A stretch of 64,000 nucleotides of DNA from Nitrosopumilaceae archaeon (GTDB taxonomy: Archaea > Thermoproteota > Nitrososphaeria > Nitrososphaerales > Nitrosopumilaceae), in contig CBDCCK010000002.1 in the NCBI GenBank assembly GCA_965214835.1, forward strand, positions 2,656,001 through 2,720,000, given 5' to 3'. Positions within the stretch are counted from its first letter, which is position 1. Each line of letters starts with the position of its first letter. A model generated the notes under the pieces. That model ran no database searches, had not been told where the DNA came from, and saw only the letters and a list, made by a program, of their open reading frames with translations. This document shows positions 30,089 through 40,510 of the stretch, in pieces. Made by a program: the position numbers and the translations under genes.

Positions 30089-30991
30089 ATGAAAATAGCG
30101 TCGCCATGGGCTGCCTCATATACCCAGAGATTAAAGAAGTGCAGTGGGTGCGCACAAAAATGGCGCCTATGCAAAACATTCCCAAAAAAGATAATGTGCG
30201 CAAACAGCGACAAGAGCACGCCATGCCTTGACAACATAAGGAGAGCCGACATCCCGGTGGTTGCCCATACCCACGATCCACACTTTGCAAAAAGCTGGGA
30301 TCTGATCGGATTTCATGAAAAATACAGGATCAACTGCTACTTTAACTTCATGTCTGCCAGTTATTTTTACAGGCATTTTCCCGGCGATTTCACATACAGG
30401 ACTATAACATATGGCGTCGAGCCGGATCTGCCGTACTGCAAGCCGTTTGAAGACAGGATAAAGGATCGCATCCTGCTTACAGGCATGCTTGGAGAGCCCA
30501 AATCGCTCGTCGGCCGTATGCTCAACACCATGAGGTTAAGGCGCAGTACAGTGTGGAACATCTACAAGCTAAGAAGAATGTGCAAAAAGCTGCCATATGT
30601 GGATCATGCCGGAGTCATACCGGGAACCATCACATACGTGCACGGCGGCCATCCCGATTTTATCACACACCTGTCGCAGTACAGGACGACCATTGCCGCT
30701 ACAGGATACTATCCCACGATCAAGTATTACGAGTCCACCGCTGCAGGATGCCTTACGTTCATGGAAATGACGCCTAAAAACGACGGCGGATATCTTGGGT
30801 TTCGTGACGGGGAGACGGCAGTTTTTATCAACCAGAGGAACTACCGCAGAAAGTTTCAGGACTATCTAGACGACCCGGACAGTCCAAGGTGGGAGCAGAT
30901 AGCCCTGCAGGGAAGGCGGCACACCATGAAGAACCTTACAAACGACGTGGCCTCAGAGTCCCTGGTACGTCTGATAAGGGAGATCACATAA
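30089..30991 (+). CDS. CgeB-like glycosyltransferase (5' end probably degraded)
   Basis: KYYESTAAGCL...GFRDGETAVF...IALQGRRH C-terminal GT-B motif. N-terminus looks atypical. Confidence 0.65.
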   Translation: MKIASPWAASYTQRLKKCSGCAQKWRLCKTFPKKIMCANSDKSTPCLDNIRRADIPVVAHTHDPHFAKSWDLIGFHEKYRINCYFNFMSASYFYRHFPGDFTYRTITYGVEPDLPYCKPFEDRIKDRILLTGMLGEPKSLVGRMLNTMRLRRSTVWNIYKLRRMCKKLPYVDHAGVIPGTITYVHGGHPDFITHLSQYRTTIAATGYYPTIKYYESTAAGCLTFMEMTPKNDGGYLGFRDGETAVFINQRNYRRKFQDYLDDPDSPRWEQIALQGRRHTMKNLTNDVASESLVRLIREIT

Positions 30992-31089
30992 CGCGGCAAA
31001 ACCGCGGAGGGCAGATCAAAAAGACCGGCAGTCTCCAAGTCCAGATAGCGGTGCCGTGCTGCCGACAGGTCATTGGAGGTTGCCGTGAA

Positions 31090-32242
31090 TCAGCTGTTCC
31101 AGTCAAAGTCACGCTGCAAGAGATCGGACAGCCGTTCGTTGTGCGGCCTGAAATAATCCAGCAGCATTACACGCGTCTTGGGCTTCATCTTTGGATAGCC
31201 GTATGCGTTCAGCCGTCCGCGGTCAGTCTCGTCTGAGGGCTCCCGGATGAACTGTTTTGTCCAAGAATAGCTCGGCAGGGAGTCAAGGCCGCCCACATCA
31301 AGCATCTCGAGTCCCAGAAACCCAAACACCCTGTCAAGCACGCCGCGTTGGTCTGCCTCTAGCTCCTCCAGGGTCAGGATGAGGAGCTGGTCTCTGCCGG
31401 TATCTGAACCAGCGGGCCAGCTGCTCTGCATAGTGGCCTTTTTGGAGGTAGGAGTAGCGGCGCAGGTTGCTCCAGTAAAACCGCGGATCAGAGATTACTC
31501 TTCCCATCTCGTATGACGTCCTGTCTTTTTCTGCCCTTATTGCATCCTCAAAGGTTAGCGACTCGCGTCGTTCCCTAACCTGCATGTGGTAGTCAGAATA
31601 GGCGCGGTCGACGGGGTTGCGCAGGATTGCGATCAGCTTGACGTCCGGAAGCAGGGCCTTGACCCTGCCGGGTGCCATCGGATGGAACATGTAGGTTGAG
31701 GAGGCCTCGCCGGACAGTATTTTACGGCCGTATCGCACGGCAAGCCGGCGTTTGTACGACATGCTTGGAAACCGGGCACGGTACCACAACGCGCCCATCC
31801 CATAATTACGCGAGTCGGTGAAATAGTGTACCTCCTTGAGCCGTGCTGGAACCACGTGCGGATGCGCGCTTATCAGGCCGTACAGCGACGTGGTCCCCGA
31901 CTTGGCAATTCCGATTATGAGAAAATCCGGCAGGGCGTGGAAGAGCGATGTAATGTTGTTCATCAACAGGCGTGGCACCAAAAATGCGGATGTCCTTGGG
32001 TACCTCAGGAGCCTCCAGAAATCAGTTCTTTGAACGTTTCTTGAACGACTGCAAACCGGACACATGATCTGGTAGCTATGCAGTCGGAAATCGGCAAACA
32101 GCAGATCCCTCGCCTTGCTTTTTATCCTGCGTAAAAGGAGGTGTTTGAAGGATGATGGGCTTGGCGTGGTCATGTGGGATCCAGAAAGTAGCTCGTCCCC
32201 CCCCCCTTTATCTAGCATGGTACTCCTCTCCGGCCTGCCCAT
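31090..32242 (-). pseudogene. Sulfotransferase (heparan-sulfate 3-O-ST/NDST-like), frameshifted near 31400
   Basis: PDFLIIGIAKSGTTSL, KEVHYF and LRNPVDRAYS motifs. Continues in another frame as GRDQLLIL...FRPHNERL. Confidence 0.85.
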
Positions 32243-32265
32243 CTATGACCGTTTCGCCCGCAGAT

Positions 32266-33460
32266 GGGGTTGTCCAAAAAATTTCCGCAAAATGACCGTT
32301 GGGTTCATAGATCATGGGCGCACGGCGCCGAAAATGATTTTGATCAGCCGATCCTGAATATCCCAATGAGCAACAACAGGAAGAACACGGACTATTGCCG
32401 CCTCTACGAGCAAAAGCGCAGGCAGGAGAGCTTCCGCAGGAAGAGGATGATGAAGAATCTGAGAAAGATCGTGCGCAGGGCGGCCGGGAGGATGGCAGAC
32501 AAGACTGGAATCGACGCCCGTCTTGCGTGGTCTGCCATACGCATCGCGATCCTCAGGATCGAAAACGGCCTGTCCTACAGGACCATGGCCACGCACTTGG
32601 ATGCAAACCCGGACGATCTCAGGAGGTGCGGCCTGGACCGCGCGCTCTCAAAGTCCACCCTGCACAACAGGGCGGTCATGCTCTGGGACATGGGCAAGGA
32701 CTTCATGGACGAGGTCGTGCTGGCCATGTCAGACGGCGAGCGCATAGCGGACCTGCACGGCGACTCGACGGGGTTCGGCCTCCGCAGGCACAGGAGCTGG
32801 CACCACGCAAAATACGGCGGGATGACCGGGCACGACTTTGCAAAGCTGCACATAGTAGGCGCAATCGGGGGCAGGATACTGTCATTCGAGGCCACGCCGG
32901 GCACGTCAGGCGACTCGCCGGAGCTTGCCCGCACGCTGAGCCGCATCCCACGTGGCGGATGCGGCATCGTGGCGCTGGACTCGGCATACGACTCGTACAA
33001 AAACTGCGGGCTGATTGCAAAGAGCGGCCGCGTGCCCGTCATAAAGCCAGCAAAGGGGAACGAAAAACCCCGCGGGTTCAGTGCCAGGGCCAGGATGCTG
33101 CGGTGGCTGCGCGACAGGCCGGACGAGTTCTGGCGGGCCTACCACAAGAGGAGCCGGGCAGAGTCCCTGCTCTCGGCAATGAAGGAAAGGACCGGATCCG
33201 TCCTGCGCTCAAAGATGGACGGAACCATCACTGCAGAGATGTTCGCTCGCATGCCGTGCTACAGCCTTACGACATGATTTTGTATCACAATCCGTACCGT
33301 TGGATCGCAGCACTGCCGCAAGGTATGACCTGCACAGATGTTTGCGCGGCCTTTTGCGCACGGCTGGCCGGAAACGTCCCGTCATCCGTCTGAAATCGCC
33401 CGCATCCGGGGTCAGGCCGGCAGATTATGGCGTCCTGTTGGAAGTTTTTTGGACAACCCC
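32266..33460 (+). mobile_element. IS5-family, IS903-like element
   Basis: TIR ggggttgtccaaaaaatttcc/ggaagttttttggacaacccc. Flanks cccgcagat and cccggagat. Confidence 0.88.
32366..33277 (+). CDS. IS5-family DDE transposase
   Basis: DSTGF, AKLHI, LDSAYD and YHKRSRAES motifs. Start uncertain. Confidence 0.85.
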   Translation: MSNNRKNTDYCRLYEQKRRQESFRRKRMMKNLRKIVRRAAGRMADKTGIDARLAWSAIRIAILRIENGLSYRTMATHLDANPDDLRRCGLDRALSKSTLHNRAVMLWDMGKDFMDEVVLAMSDGERIADLHGDSTGFGLRRHRSWHHAKYGGMTGHDFAKLHIVGAIGGRILSFEATPGTSGDSPELARTLSRIPRGGCGIVALDSAYDSYKNCGLIAKSGRVPVIKPAKGNEKPRGFSARARMLRWLRDRPDEFWRAYHKRSRAESLLSAMKERTGSVLRSKMDGTITAEMFARMPCYSLTT

Positions 33461-33623
33461 CCCCCCCCGGAGATGGCATCCTTTTGACAAAAGATGCCTG
33501 AAAGGTGGTTCGAAATCAGGGACCGTGCAAATGACCGGATTTTTCAGCACGTTTCGCTCAGACGGCGTTCGCTAAAACAAAGCCAGATTTGGAGTTTATT
33601 AATCAGCAATTAGACGAAAAGGT

Positions 33624-33848
33624 GTGAATACCGGAAAAATCATCGTAATTGCCGGGGTTTGTATGTTTGCTGTAGGCCTGGTTATGTTTTATTCGATCAG
33701 ATCAGGGGAGACGGATTCCACCCTAAGGCTGGCAAAGAACATCGGCACGTTTGTCGGATTAAGCGGAATTGGGGTCACATTGGGAGGAATCATGCTGTTT
33801 TTGATAGGCAGAAATGAGCCTCCAATTAAGGAAAATTATGATGCCTGA
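33624..33848 (+). CDS. Small two-TM membrane protein
   Basis: Two hydrophobic helices and an upstream tttattaa box. Confidence 0.75.
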   Translation: MNTGKIIVIAGVCMFAVGLVMFYSIRSGETDSTLRLAKNIGTFVGLSGIGVTLGGIMLFLIGRNEPPIKENYDA

Positions 33849-34954
33849 ACATGCCAAAGCATTCCCCGGTATTTCTCAGCTGCGGCAACGAATTTGCGTC
33901 ATTTACAAAAAAGAACTTTCTTTGCTTGCCAGACTCGATTCCATAGAGTTGATTCGGAGCAATTAGCAGATTCGGATTATTCACGTATTGACAAACTCGC
34001 ATCAAACCGATCAGGATTCCTGCAAACGGCAAGTTATCCGCATGTGAAGTTGTTTAACAAGCGTACGGAAAAAACCGGGCGATGAACTGCACGGTCCCTG
34101 ATTTCGGATCACCGTTCAGTCCGGACATCCGTCCTTGCCGCATACGTCCCTTATGTACCGATTCAGCTGTCTGCCCGACTGATCAATCGACAGCCTTTCA
34201 GCGTAGTGCCGCCGCCCCTGCATGGCCACGCGCCTCCGGAGACCGTCGTCGTCCCTCAGCTGCAGGATGCACCGGGCCAGCTCCCCGGGCGAGTCAGAGT
34301 GCACCAGCATGCAGTTCTCCCCGTCGGCCAGGCCGGCCTCGCGTGTCGTGGGCGTGCTTATGGTGACCAGCGGCTTGGCCGACGCAAGGATCTGGTTGAT
34401 CTTGTTGGACATGGATCCCTTGCACTTGTCACTTGTGCCAAACAGCCCCATGCACACGTCGCTGTCATTTATCTGCTGTACAAGTGACAGGACAGGAAGC
34501 ACGCCCAGAAATCTTACGTTAGGTAGGCCGGCCTCCTCGGCGTACCGCCTTACCTCGGGCTCGTCCTGGCCGCCGCCGCAGAAGACAAACGTTATGTCCT
34601 TTTTGCCGCGCAGGTGGTCGGCAGCCTCCGCTATGACCCGGGTGCCGTACGTGGGAATGAACGATCCGAAATACAGCACGACGAACTCGTCCGTCCGCTC
34701 CTTGAACGGCAGGGGCCTGAAGAGCGGCTCATATGCGGCAGGCCAGAGCCGGCAGAACCTCTCCCTTGGCAGGCCGTACTCCCTGACAAACCATTCGATC
34801 TGAAAGGTGCTCTCCGTTATTACCAGATCCGACCACCTGCAGGCGGTCTTTTCCGCAATGCGGACGAACCTGGCCCTCAGCGAGTTTTTGGGGATCTTTT
34901 TGCGGACGTTTACCTTCGTATCGTAAATCGACAACGGACAAAAACATAGTACTG

Positions 34955-36377
34955 TAGTCAATATATAAAAAAAAGAACAATTTTGACAACTATTTTTGAT
35001 CCAAACATTAAGATCAGGCAAGGAATGCGCATATGCATGGACAGACAGAGAAAGGAATTCGTAGCATCAGGGAGCAAATTCCTGCCAAATACGTCACGCT
35101 CCTACCTGCACAAGGCATACAAAAAGGAGACAGACAAGAGAAAGCGCGACAGGCTGCTTGCATACATGCAGCGCAAGGACGACCTCGGTGTGGAACAGAT
35201 AGCAAAGAACCTCGACCGGGCACATTCCACCATATCCAAGTGGCTCATCCGCGCACAGGACGAGGGAATACGTGCAAGGCACGAGCGGCCAGGCAGGGGA
35301 CGCAAGCACAAGCTGAGTGAGTCGCAGCTGAAACAGCTTGCGGCGGATCTCAAGTCAGGATCCGAGGAGTGCGGTTTTGAGAGCAGCCTGTGGGACTCGG
35401 GCCTGATGAGACGGCACATCAAAAAGAAGTTCGGCATAGAATACAGCAAGAGCGGCACGCGGCTGCTGGCACGCGAGCTTGGGTTCTCATGGAGGAAGCC
35501 GAGGCCCAAGAACCCAAAGGCCGTCTCAAAACAAAAGCAGAACGAGTTCAAGGAGGCATCCCAGGAGCTGATACGGGAAAAGGAGGCGCAAGGGTATACG
35601 GTACTGGCAGAAGACGAGTCATCCATACAAAAGACCTCAAACAGCCCCAAACACGGGTGGATCAGGCGCGGCATGAGCGTCACGGCGCCCTTGACGCTGT
35701 CACGGCAGCGCCGGTACATGTTCGGCGTGCTGGCAGTTAACATATTCTACTATATGTTCTATGACAAGACCAACACCAACAGCTTTTGCGACTTTTTGGA
35801 AAAGGTGCACGAAAAGTACGGAAAGGTGTTGATATTCCTGGATAATGCGTCATACCACAAGTCTGTCGGCGTAAGGAAGACGCTGGAAAAGTACAAGGGC
35901 GAGATAATACTGGAGTACCTGCCGCCGTCCACGCCGGAGCTCAATCCTGTAGAGATACAGTGGAGGGAGATAAAGCGGAGGCTGTCTGCCAAGGTGTTTG
36001 ATACGCTTGATGAGATGGAGCAGTCCGTGCGGAATCTGTTTACCAGCGGAGAGATCCTACCGGTAAAGATGTTCCGATATTTGATGGGCTGACTACTGCA
36101 GCAGCAACAACTGTCGTGTTCCATACTGTCGGGTCTTGTGTGGCAGTATGTCAAACTCCACATGCACGAATTAACTGCAGCAGCAACAACTGTCGTGTTC
36201 CATACTGTCGGGTCTAGTACGCCTTGCAAAGGCGTGAGTGCTTTGCTTGCCCAGGAATTTGTCCCTAGATGCCACAAATTCTGCCTGTTTTCCCATGCAT
36301 GTGCGATGGTTTGCCTGATCTTAATGTTTGGATCAAAAGCAGTTGTCAAAATTGTTCGTTTTTTTATGAATTGACTA
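34955..36377 (+). mobile_element. IS630-family element with very long TIRs
   Basis: tagtcaat...attgacta ends. Inverted similarity extends ~165-200 bp. Flanked by TG on both sides. Confidence 0.92.
35025..36092 (+). CDS. IS630 transposase (apparently intact)
   Basis: HTH, LGFSWRKPRP, EDES, LDNASYH and PELNPVE motifs. Start uncertain. Confidence 0.92.
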   Translation: MRICMDRQRKEFVASGSKFLPNTSRSYLHKAYKKETDKRKRDRLLAYMQRKDDLGVEQIAKNLDRAHSTISKWLIRAQDEGIRARHERPGRGRKHKLSESQLKQLAADLKSGSEECGFESSLWDSGLMRRHIKKKFGIEYSKSGTRLLARELGFSWRKPRPKNPKAVSKQKQNEFKEASQELIREKEAQGYTVLAEDESSIQKTSNSPKHGWIRRGMSVTAPLTLSRQRRYMFGVLAVNIFYYMFYDKTNTNSFCDFLEKVHEKYGKVLIFLDNASYHKSVGVRKTLEKYKGEIILEYLPPSTPELNPVEIQWREIKRRLSAKVFDTLDEMEQSVRNLFTSGEILPVKMFRYLMG

Positions 36378-36699
36378 TGGCCCTTTGGAAACCAGTCTGG
36401 CAAAGGGAATTATGAATGGTCTCCCCCTCCTTAAATACGGGATTATCATTACGTCATAATCGATCTTCCTGTGCTTTAGAAACAGCCGGACGTACGCCTT
36501 TATGGCAGAGCCGAAGGAGTGATATTCATCATGGCACTCTGCCGTTTCAAAGCCCTGCGACCTGCAGATCTCTTTTATCAGATCGCCGGTGCTTCCCGAC
36601 GGAATGCCGTCGGTGGATCTGACGTAGGGGCCAAAGAGGCACAACCTCATGACGTTCAGAGCAGATCTTGGCATAATATCTTTTGTACAACATCAGATC

Positions 36700-38455
36700 G
36701 TAATAGGTTAGCCCCTGCCTAGTTGATTTTTTCTGACCACCTGATCTATAAACTATCATTACCCGGGAAATACATGCCTACAGCCTCGGAATTCAAGGAA
36801 CTATGCAATGAGCTTGCCCGCGAAAAAGCGGAACTTCAGAAGGAGCAGAAGGAACATCAGAGGACGCAAGGCAAGCTTCAGAAGGAGCAGAAGGAACATC
36901 AGAGGACACAAGGCAAGCTTCAGAAGGAGCAGAAGGAACATCAGAGGACACAAGGCAAGCTTCAGAAGGAGCAGAAGGAACATCAGAGGACACGGGAGGA
37001 GCTTGCCGCTGAGAAGGCGGGACGCAAATCTGACAATGCCGTCTCTGCCGCGCAAATCGCGACGCAGACAGCACAAATCAAGCAGTTCAAACAACGCATC
37101 ACATATTATGAGAACCCGCACAGCCCCTCCTCGCAGAACTCGATTCCGACCAGGCAGAAAAAGGCAGCAGCCGCGGCAGGGGCATCTGGAAGGGCACCTA
37201 CAAGGCCGGGCCGCAGGCCCGGACACGAGGGCATATCACACAGGAGAACACCGACCCGGGAAATGAACCACGTGCCTGACATGTGCGGCGCGTGCAACGG
37301 GCGCGACCTGACAGATCCGGTTCCCGCCGGAACTAGGATGGCTACTGACATTCCAGAGATCCCAGAGCCGGTCACGACACAGCACTACTTTACCCGCCGC
37401 AAGTGCCGCAAGTGCGGCGCCATCACCACGACAAACGGGGGCGGGCTGGTCGTTCCGGGCACCGAGTTTGGACCCAACATTGCCTCCTATATCGGCACCC
37501 TGTACACCATGCCGGCATCCGTCGGCTCGATCAGGCGCATCGTAAAGGAGATCTTTAAAATTGATGTAAGCAAGGCGATGATACAGAACTGCCTCAAGAC
37601 CGTTACAAAGAAGCTTGATCCGTGCGTGGAGGACATCAAAAAAGACATTGCAGGATGCGACCACGTCCACATGGACGAGACGGGGATGCCATACGACGGC
37701 AAGAGCGGCTACATGTGGGTGGCAGTGGGCGTCAAGGACGGCAATGCCGTCGGCGCGCACATGGTGGCAACTGACAGCAGGAGGGCATCCGTACTGGATG
37801 AGCACTTTTCATACGTGCCCAGAGTCGGGGTGACTGACGGATACCCCGGATACGACAAGTTCTTTGGCAGGAACAGGCAGCGGTGCTGGGCCCACATAAT
37901 CCGGGAGGCAGATGCCCAAAGCGAGAAAACGGACTCCCCGGAGGTTCGCGCCGCAGGCGAGCGCCTCAAGTGGCAGATGCATTGCGCCAAGGGGCCGGGG
38001 CCGCCGGAGGAGGCTGCCAGGCAGCACGACAGTCGGGTGGCAGAAACACGCGAGATTGCCGCCACATACAGGAAGGAAGGATGTGACAGCTGTGCCACAA
38101 AGATTGACAACGCCTCGGAGTTTCTCTACACGTTTACGACGCGTCCTGGGATGGATCCCACCAACAACCTGGCAGAGCGCACGCTGAGGCCCGGCGTGAT
38201 CGCGCGCAAGATACGGTTCGGACTGCGGACAAAAGACGGACAGAAGATGTTCGGTAACATGTTGACGTGCATCGAGACATGGCGCCTCCGGGGGTGCAAC
38301 GTTACGGACATGATCAGGGACGCGCTGGTCAGAAACCCCGGGTACGTGGTCGTCTGCCCCTAGCAATCCTGCACTAATCTGCCTGCAGTTGTGATTTTCA
38401 TGCCTGAAAAGACGGTGGGTGTGACTTTAACTCTAGGCAGGGGCTAACCTATTAC
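36700..38455 (+). mobile_element. IS66 type 2, copy 1 (no TSD)
   Basis: Perfect 23-bp TIR gtaataggttagcccctgcctag. Confidence 0.95.
36774..38363 (+). CDS. IS66 transposase with 14-aa tandem repeats
   Basis: About four LQKEQKEHQRTQGK repeats, Zn finger, MDETG, QRCWAH and PTNNLAER motifs. ATG 36774 assumed. Confidence 0.92.
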   Translation: MPTASEFKELCNELAREKAELQKEQKEHQRTQGKLQKEQKEHQRTQGKLQKEQKEHQRTQGKLQKEQKEHQRTREELAAEKAGRKSDNAVSAAQIATQTAQIKQFKQRITYYENPHSPSSQNSIPTRQKKAAAAAGASGRAPTRPGRRPGHEGISHRRTPTREMNHVPDMCGACNGRDLTDPVPAGTRMATDIPEIPEPVTTQHYFTRRKCRKCGAITTTNGGGLVVPGTEFGPNIASYIGTLYTMPASVGSIRRIVKEIFKIDVSKAMIQNCLKTVTKKLDPCVEDIKKDIAGCDHVHMDETGMPYDGKSGYMWVAVGVKDGNAVGAHMVATDSRRASVLDEHFSYVPRVGVTDGYPGYDKFFGRNRQRCWAHIIREADAQSEKTDSPEVRAAGERLKWQMHCAKGPGPPEEAARQHDSRVAETREIAATYRKEGCDSCATKIDNASEFLYTFTTRPGMDPTNNLAERTLRPGVIARKIRFGLRTKDGQKMFGNMLTCIETWRLRGCNVTDMIRDALVRNPGYVVVCP

Positions 38456-38461
38456 TCTTGA

Positions 38462-38603
38462 TCATATGCAACAATACACAGTGCAAAGACTGCAAAAAAC
38501 AAAACGGGAAGCTTGGTCATCACTTTACCAACAGGCTGTTAAAGACGGGCAGCAGCTCATCAAGCGTGTGATAGCGTGAATTTACGCTCATCGATGTATG
38601 TTC
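38462..38603 (-). repeat. Paralogous fragment of the 55738/56730 gene junction
   Basis: Reverse complement closely matches ~56647-56790 (YHTLDELLPVFNSL.VK* followed by MTK.PVLFFAVFALCIVAY). Confidence 0.85.
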
Positions 38604-39970
38604 AGTAGTTGAAAATGTACCCCCTTTTTAAGTGTCTGAATGTTTTGAACAAGTTGACATGATTTTTTCACCAATCGAGCTATAAACAGCGGTGTTCCTG
38701 TCTACCTTGATAATGAACCAAACTCAACAGAAACACCACACAAGGTACGGTGAGGCCGGATTTAAATTCTTGGTTACCGCAGTAGGCATGCTGAAAATCA
38801 AGTTCTCCTCAAGACACAACGCCATGTGGGGCCTGGAAGACGCCTCCCGCCTGATTGCATCCATGTCGGAGCGTTCCGCATGTGCGCACTATACCGTCCA
38901 AAAGCTTGCACTTCTTGCATCAGAAGGCGCCGGGGCCGCGGTGCCCAGCTCGGCCTGGCTTCTTGCAAAGCTGGGGCACGCAAGGCTGTCCACGATGGAG
39001 AAAAGGTGCGATGCAATGCTGCATTACACGGCCGCCGAGGCGGTGGGCAGGCAGCTTTGCTCCCTCCAAAGGAGCCACAAGGCGCCTGTCCTTGCCATAG
39101 ACGAGACCAAGCTGCCCAGATACGACAAGAAAACCGACATAAAGCACCTGGTAAAGTCAAAGCGCGACAGGGGCACCATCAACTATGAGCAGTACATGAC
39201 ATGCAAGCTGACATCCAAGGCCGGCGCCGACGTGCATACGGCCTGCCGCATGGTGACCGAGGGCGACAAACAGGCCGATCTGGTGCGTAATATGCTCAAA
39301 AAATGCGCCGATCTGGGCATTACGCCCAGGCTCGGGTCAAGGCGCAGCATCATCCTGCTTGACAGGGGGTTCTTTTCGGTCGATGTAATGGATGCCATAT
39401 CCGAACCCGGGTTTGCATTCATCATGCCCGCAGTCAAGACGCCGGGGATAAAGAGGGCCATAGTGCAGCGCGCCCGCGGCAAGAGAAAGGCAGTATCAAG
39501 GTATACCATGAGGTCGTCAGACGGCAAAGAGTTCACGTTCACGCTGGTCATCAAGAAGATCCCAAGGTCCAAGGCAAAGAACGTCTTTGACAGATACCAC
39601 GTGTTTGCGACCACGGTGCGCTGCTGCAGCTATCGGCAGCTGTTCTGCCATGTGACAAGAGAGTACCGGAACAGGTGGGGCATAGAGACCGGATACCGCT
39701 GTGCCAAGAGCGTCAGGCCGCGGACCGTCAGCAGGAATCCTGTCCTGCGTGTGCTTTTGTTTTACATGTCGCTTGCAGTATGCAACATATGGCTGACAAT
39801 GAGGGACTCGGGAGACCCAAAGACCCGCGTCATGGCGCTGCTGACTCTGATGTATGCCGTGGTCCTGTATTCGTGCTGCCTCCGTGCGCCGGATGCCGAC
39901 AGGATCGGGGTGGGGCGACGGCGGCATGATCCCGGCTAGACGGATTTATGGGGTACATTTTCAACTACTG
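38603..39970 (+). mobile_element. ISH3-family (IS4-like) element
   Basis: Perfect 21-bp TIR cagtagttgaaaatgtacccc. No TSD. Confidence 0.88.
38692..39939 (+). CDS. ISH3-family transposase
   Basis: LAIDET..P.Y, LLDRGFFS and YRNRWGIETGYR motifs. Confidence 0.9.
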   Translation: MFLSTLIMNQTQQKHHTRYGEAGFKFLVTAVGMLKIKFSSRHNAMWGLEDASRLIASMSERSACAHYTVQKLALLASEGAGAAVPSSAWLLAKLGHARLSTMEKRCDAMLHYTAAEAVGRQLCSLQRSHKAPVLAIDETKLPRYDKKTDIKHLVKSKRDRGTINYEQYMTCKLTSKAGADVHTACRMVTEGDKQADLVRNMLKKCADLGITPRLGSRRSIILLDRGFFSVDVMDAISEPGFAFIMPAVKTPGIKRAIVQRARGKRKAVSRYTMRSSDGKEFTFTLVIKKIPRSKAKNVFDRYHVFATTVRCCSYRQLFCHVTREYRNRWGIETGYRCAKSVRPRTVSRNPVLRVLLFYMSLAVCNIWLTMRDSGDPKTRVMALLTLMYAVVLYSCCLRAPDADRIGVGRRRHDPG

Positions 39971-40510
39971 ACCCTGCATATCCTGATGGCATCCCTCCTG
40001 GATATTGTTTTTGGGACCATCTCCCTTATCTTGTCAGGGACTGCGCCATACCCCAGGTATTCCCGGAACGTTCTGCGGGAGACACCGAGTGCCCTTGATG
40101 CTGCTGCCACCCCCATCTTTTCTGCCAGAAACTCACACGATGCGGCCATCTCGGAGGCAGACATGTCCCTTCTGTGCAGGTTCTCGATTACCGATACTGC
40201 CTTTGCATCCTCGATATCGTGCGAGCTTTCACGGGAGAGTATCAGGACGGGAATCGTCTTGGAGCCTAACTTTCTGAGTGCCTCAAGTCGTCTCTGTCCT
40301 GCCATGAGCAGGTACGAGTTTGCGCCGCTTCTCTGCACCATCGGGGGATTCTGCAGTCCCTCCTCCCTTATGGAGCGGGCAAGCGAGTCGATATCAGTAT
40401 CATCCAGCGTTCTTGACTGTGCCTCCTCCCACACAGTAACAGAATCAATCGGAACCTCCCTTAGAGAATACAATATTGGATTTTCCTTTATGCCTTCCAA
40501 CGGTCTGTGT
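39971..40510 (-). pseudogene. ParB/Srx-domain protein truncated by ISH3
   Basis: LARSIREEGLQNPP...AGQRRLEA...ENLHRRDM motifs. The 3' end is cut at the IS terminus. Confidence 0.8.

Larger units (their letters stand above)
34116..36674 (-). pseudogene. GT4 glycosyltransferase disrupted by IS630
   Basis: The N-terminal part (36378-36674) and C-terminal part (34116-34954) rejoin in frame as SKGPVLCFCPLSIYDT when the IS and one TG copy are removed. Confidence 0.88.

Noticed and set aside
36834-36992. CRISPR-like regular repeats
   Set aside because: They are contiguous in-frame 42-bp coding repeats with no spacers.
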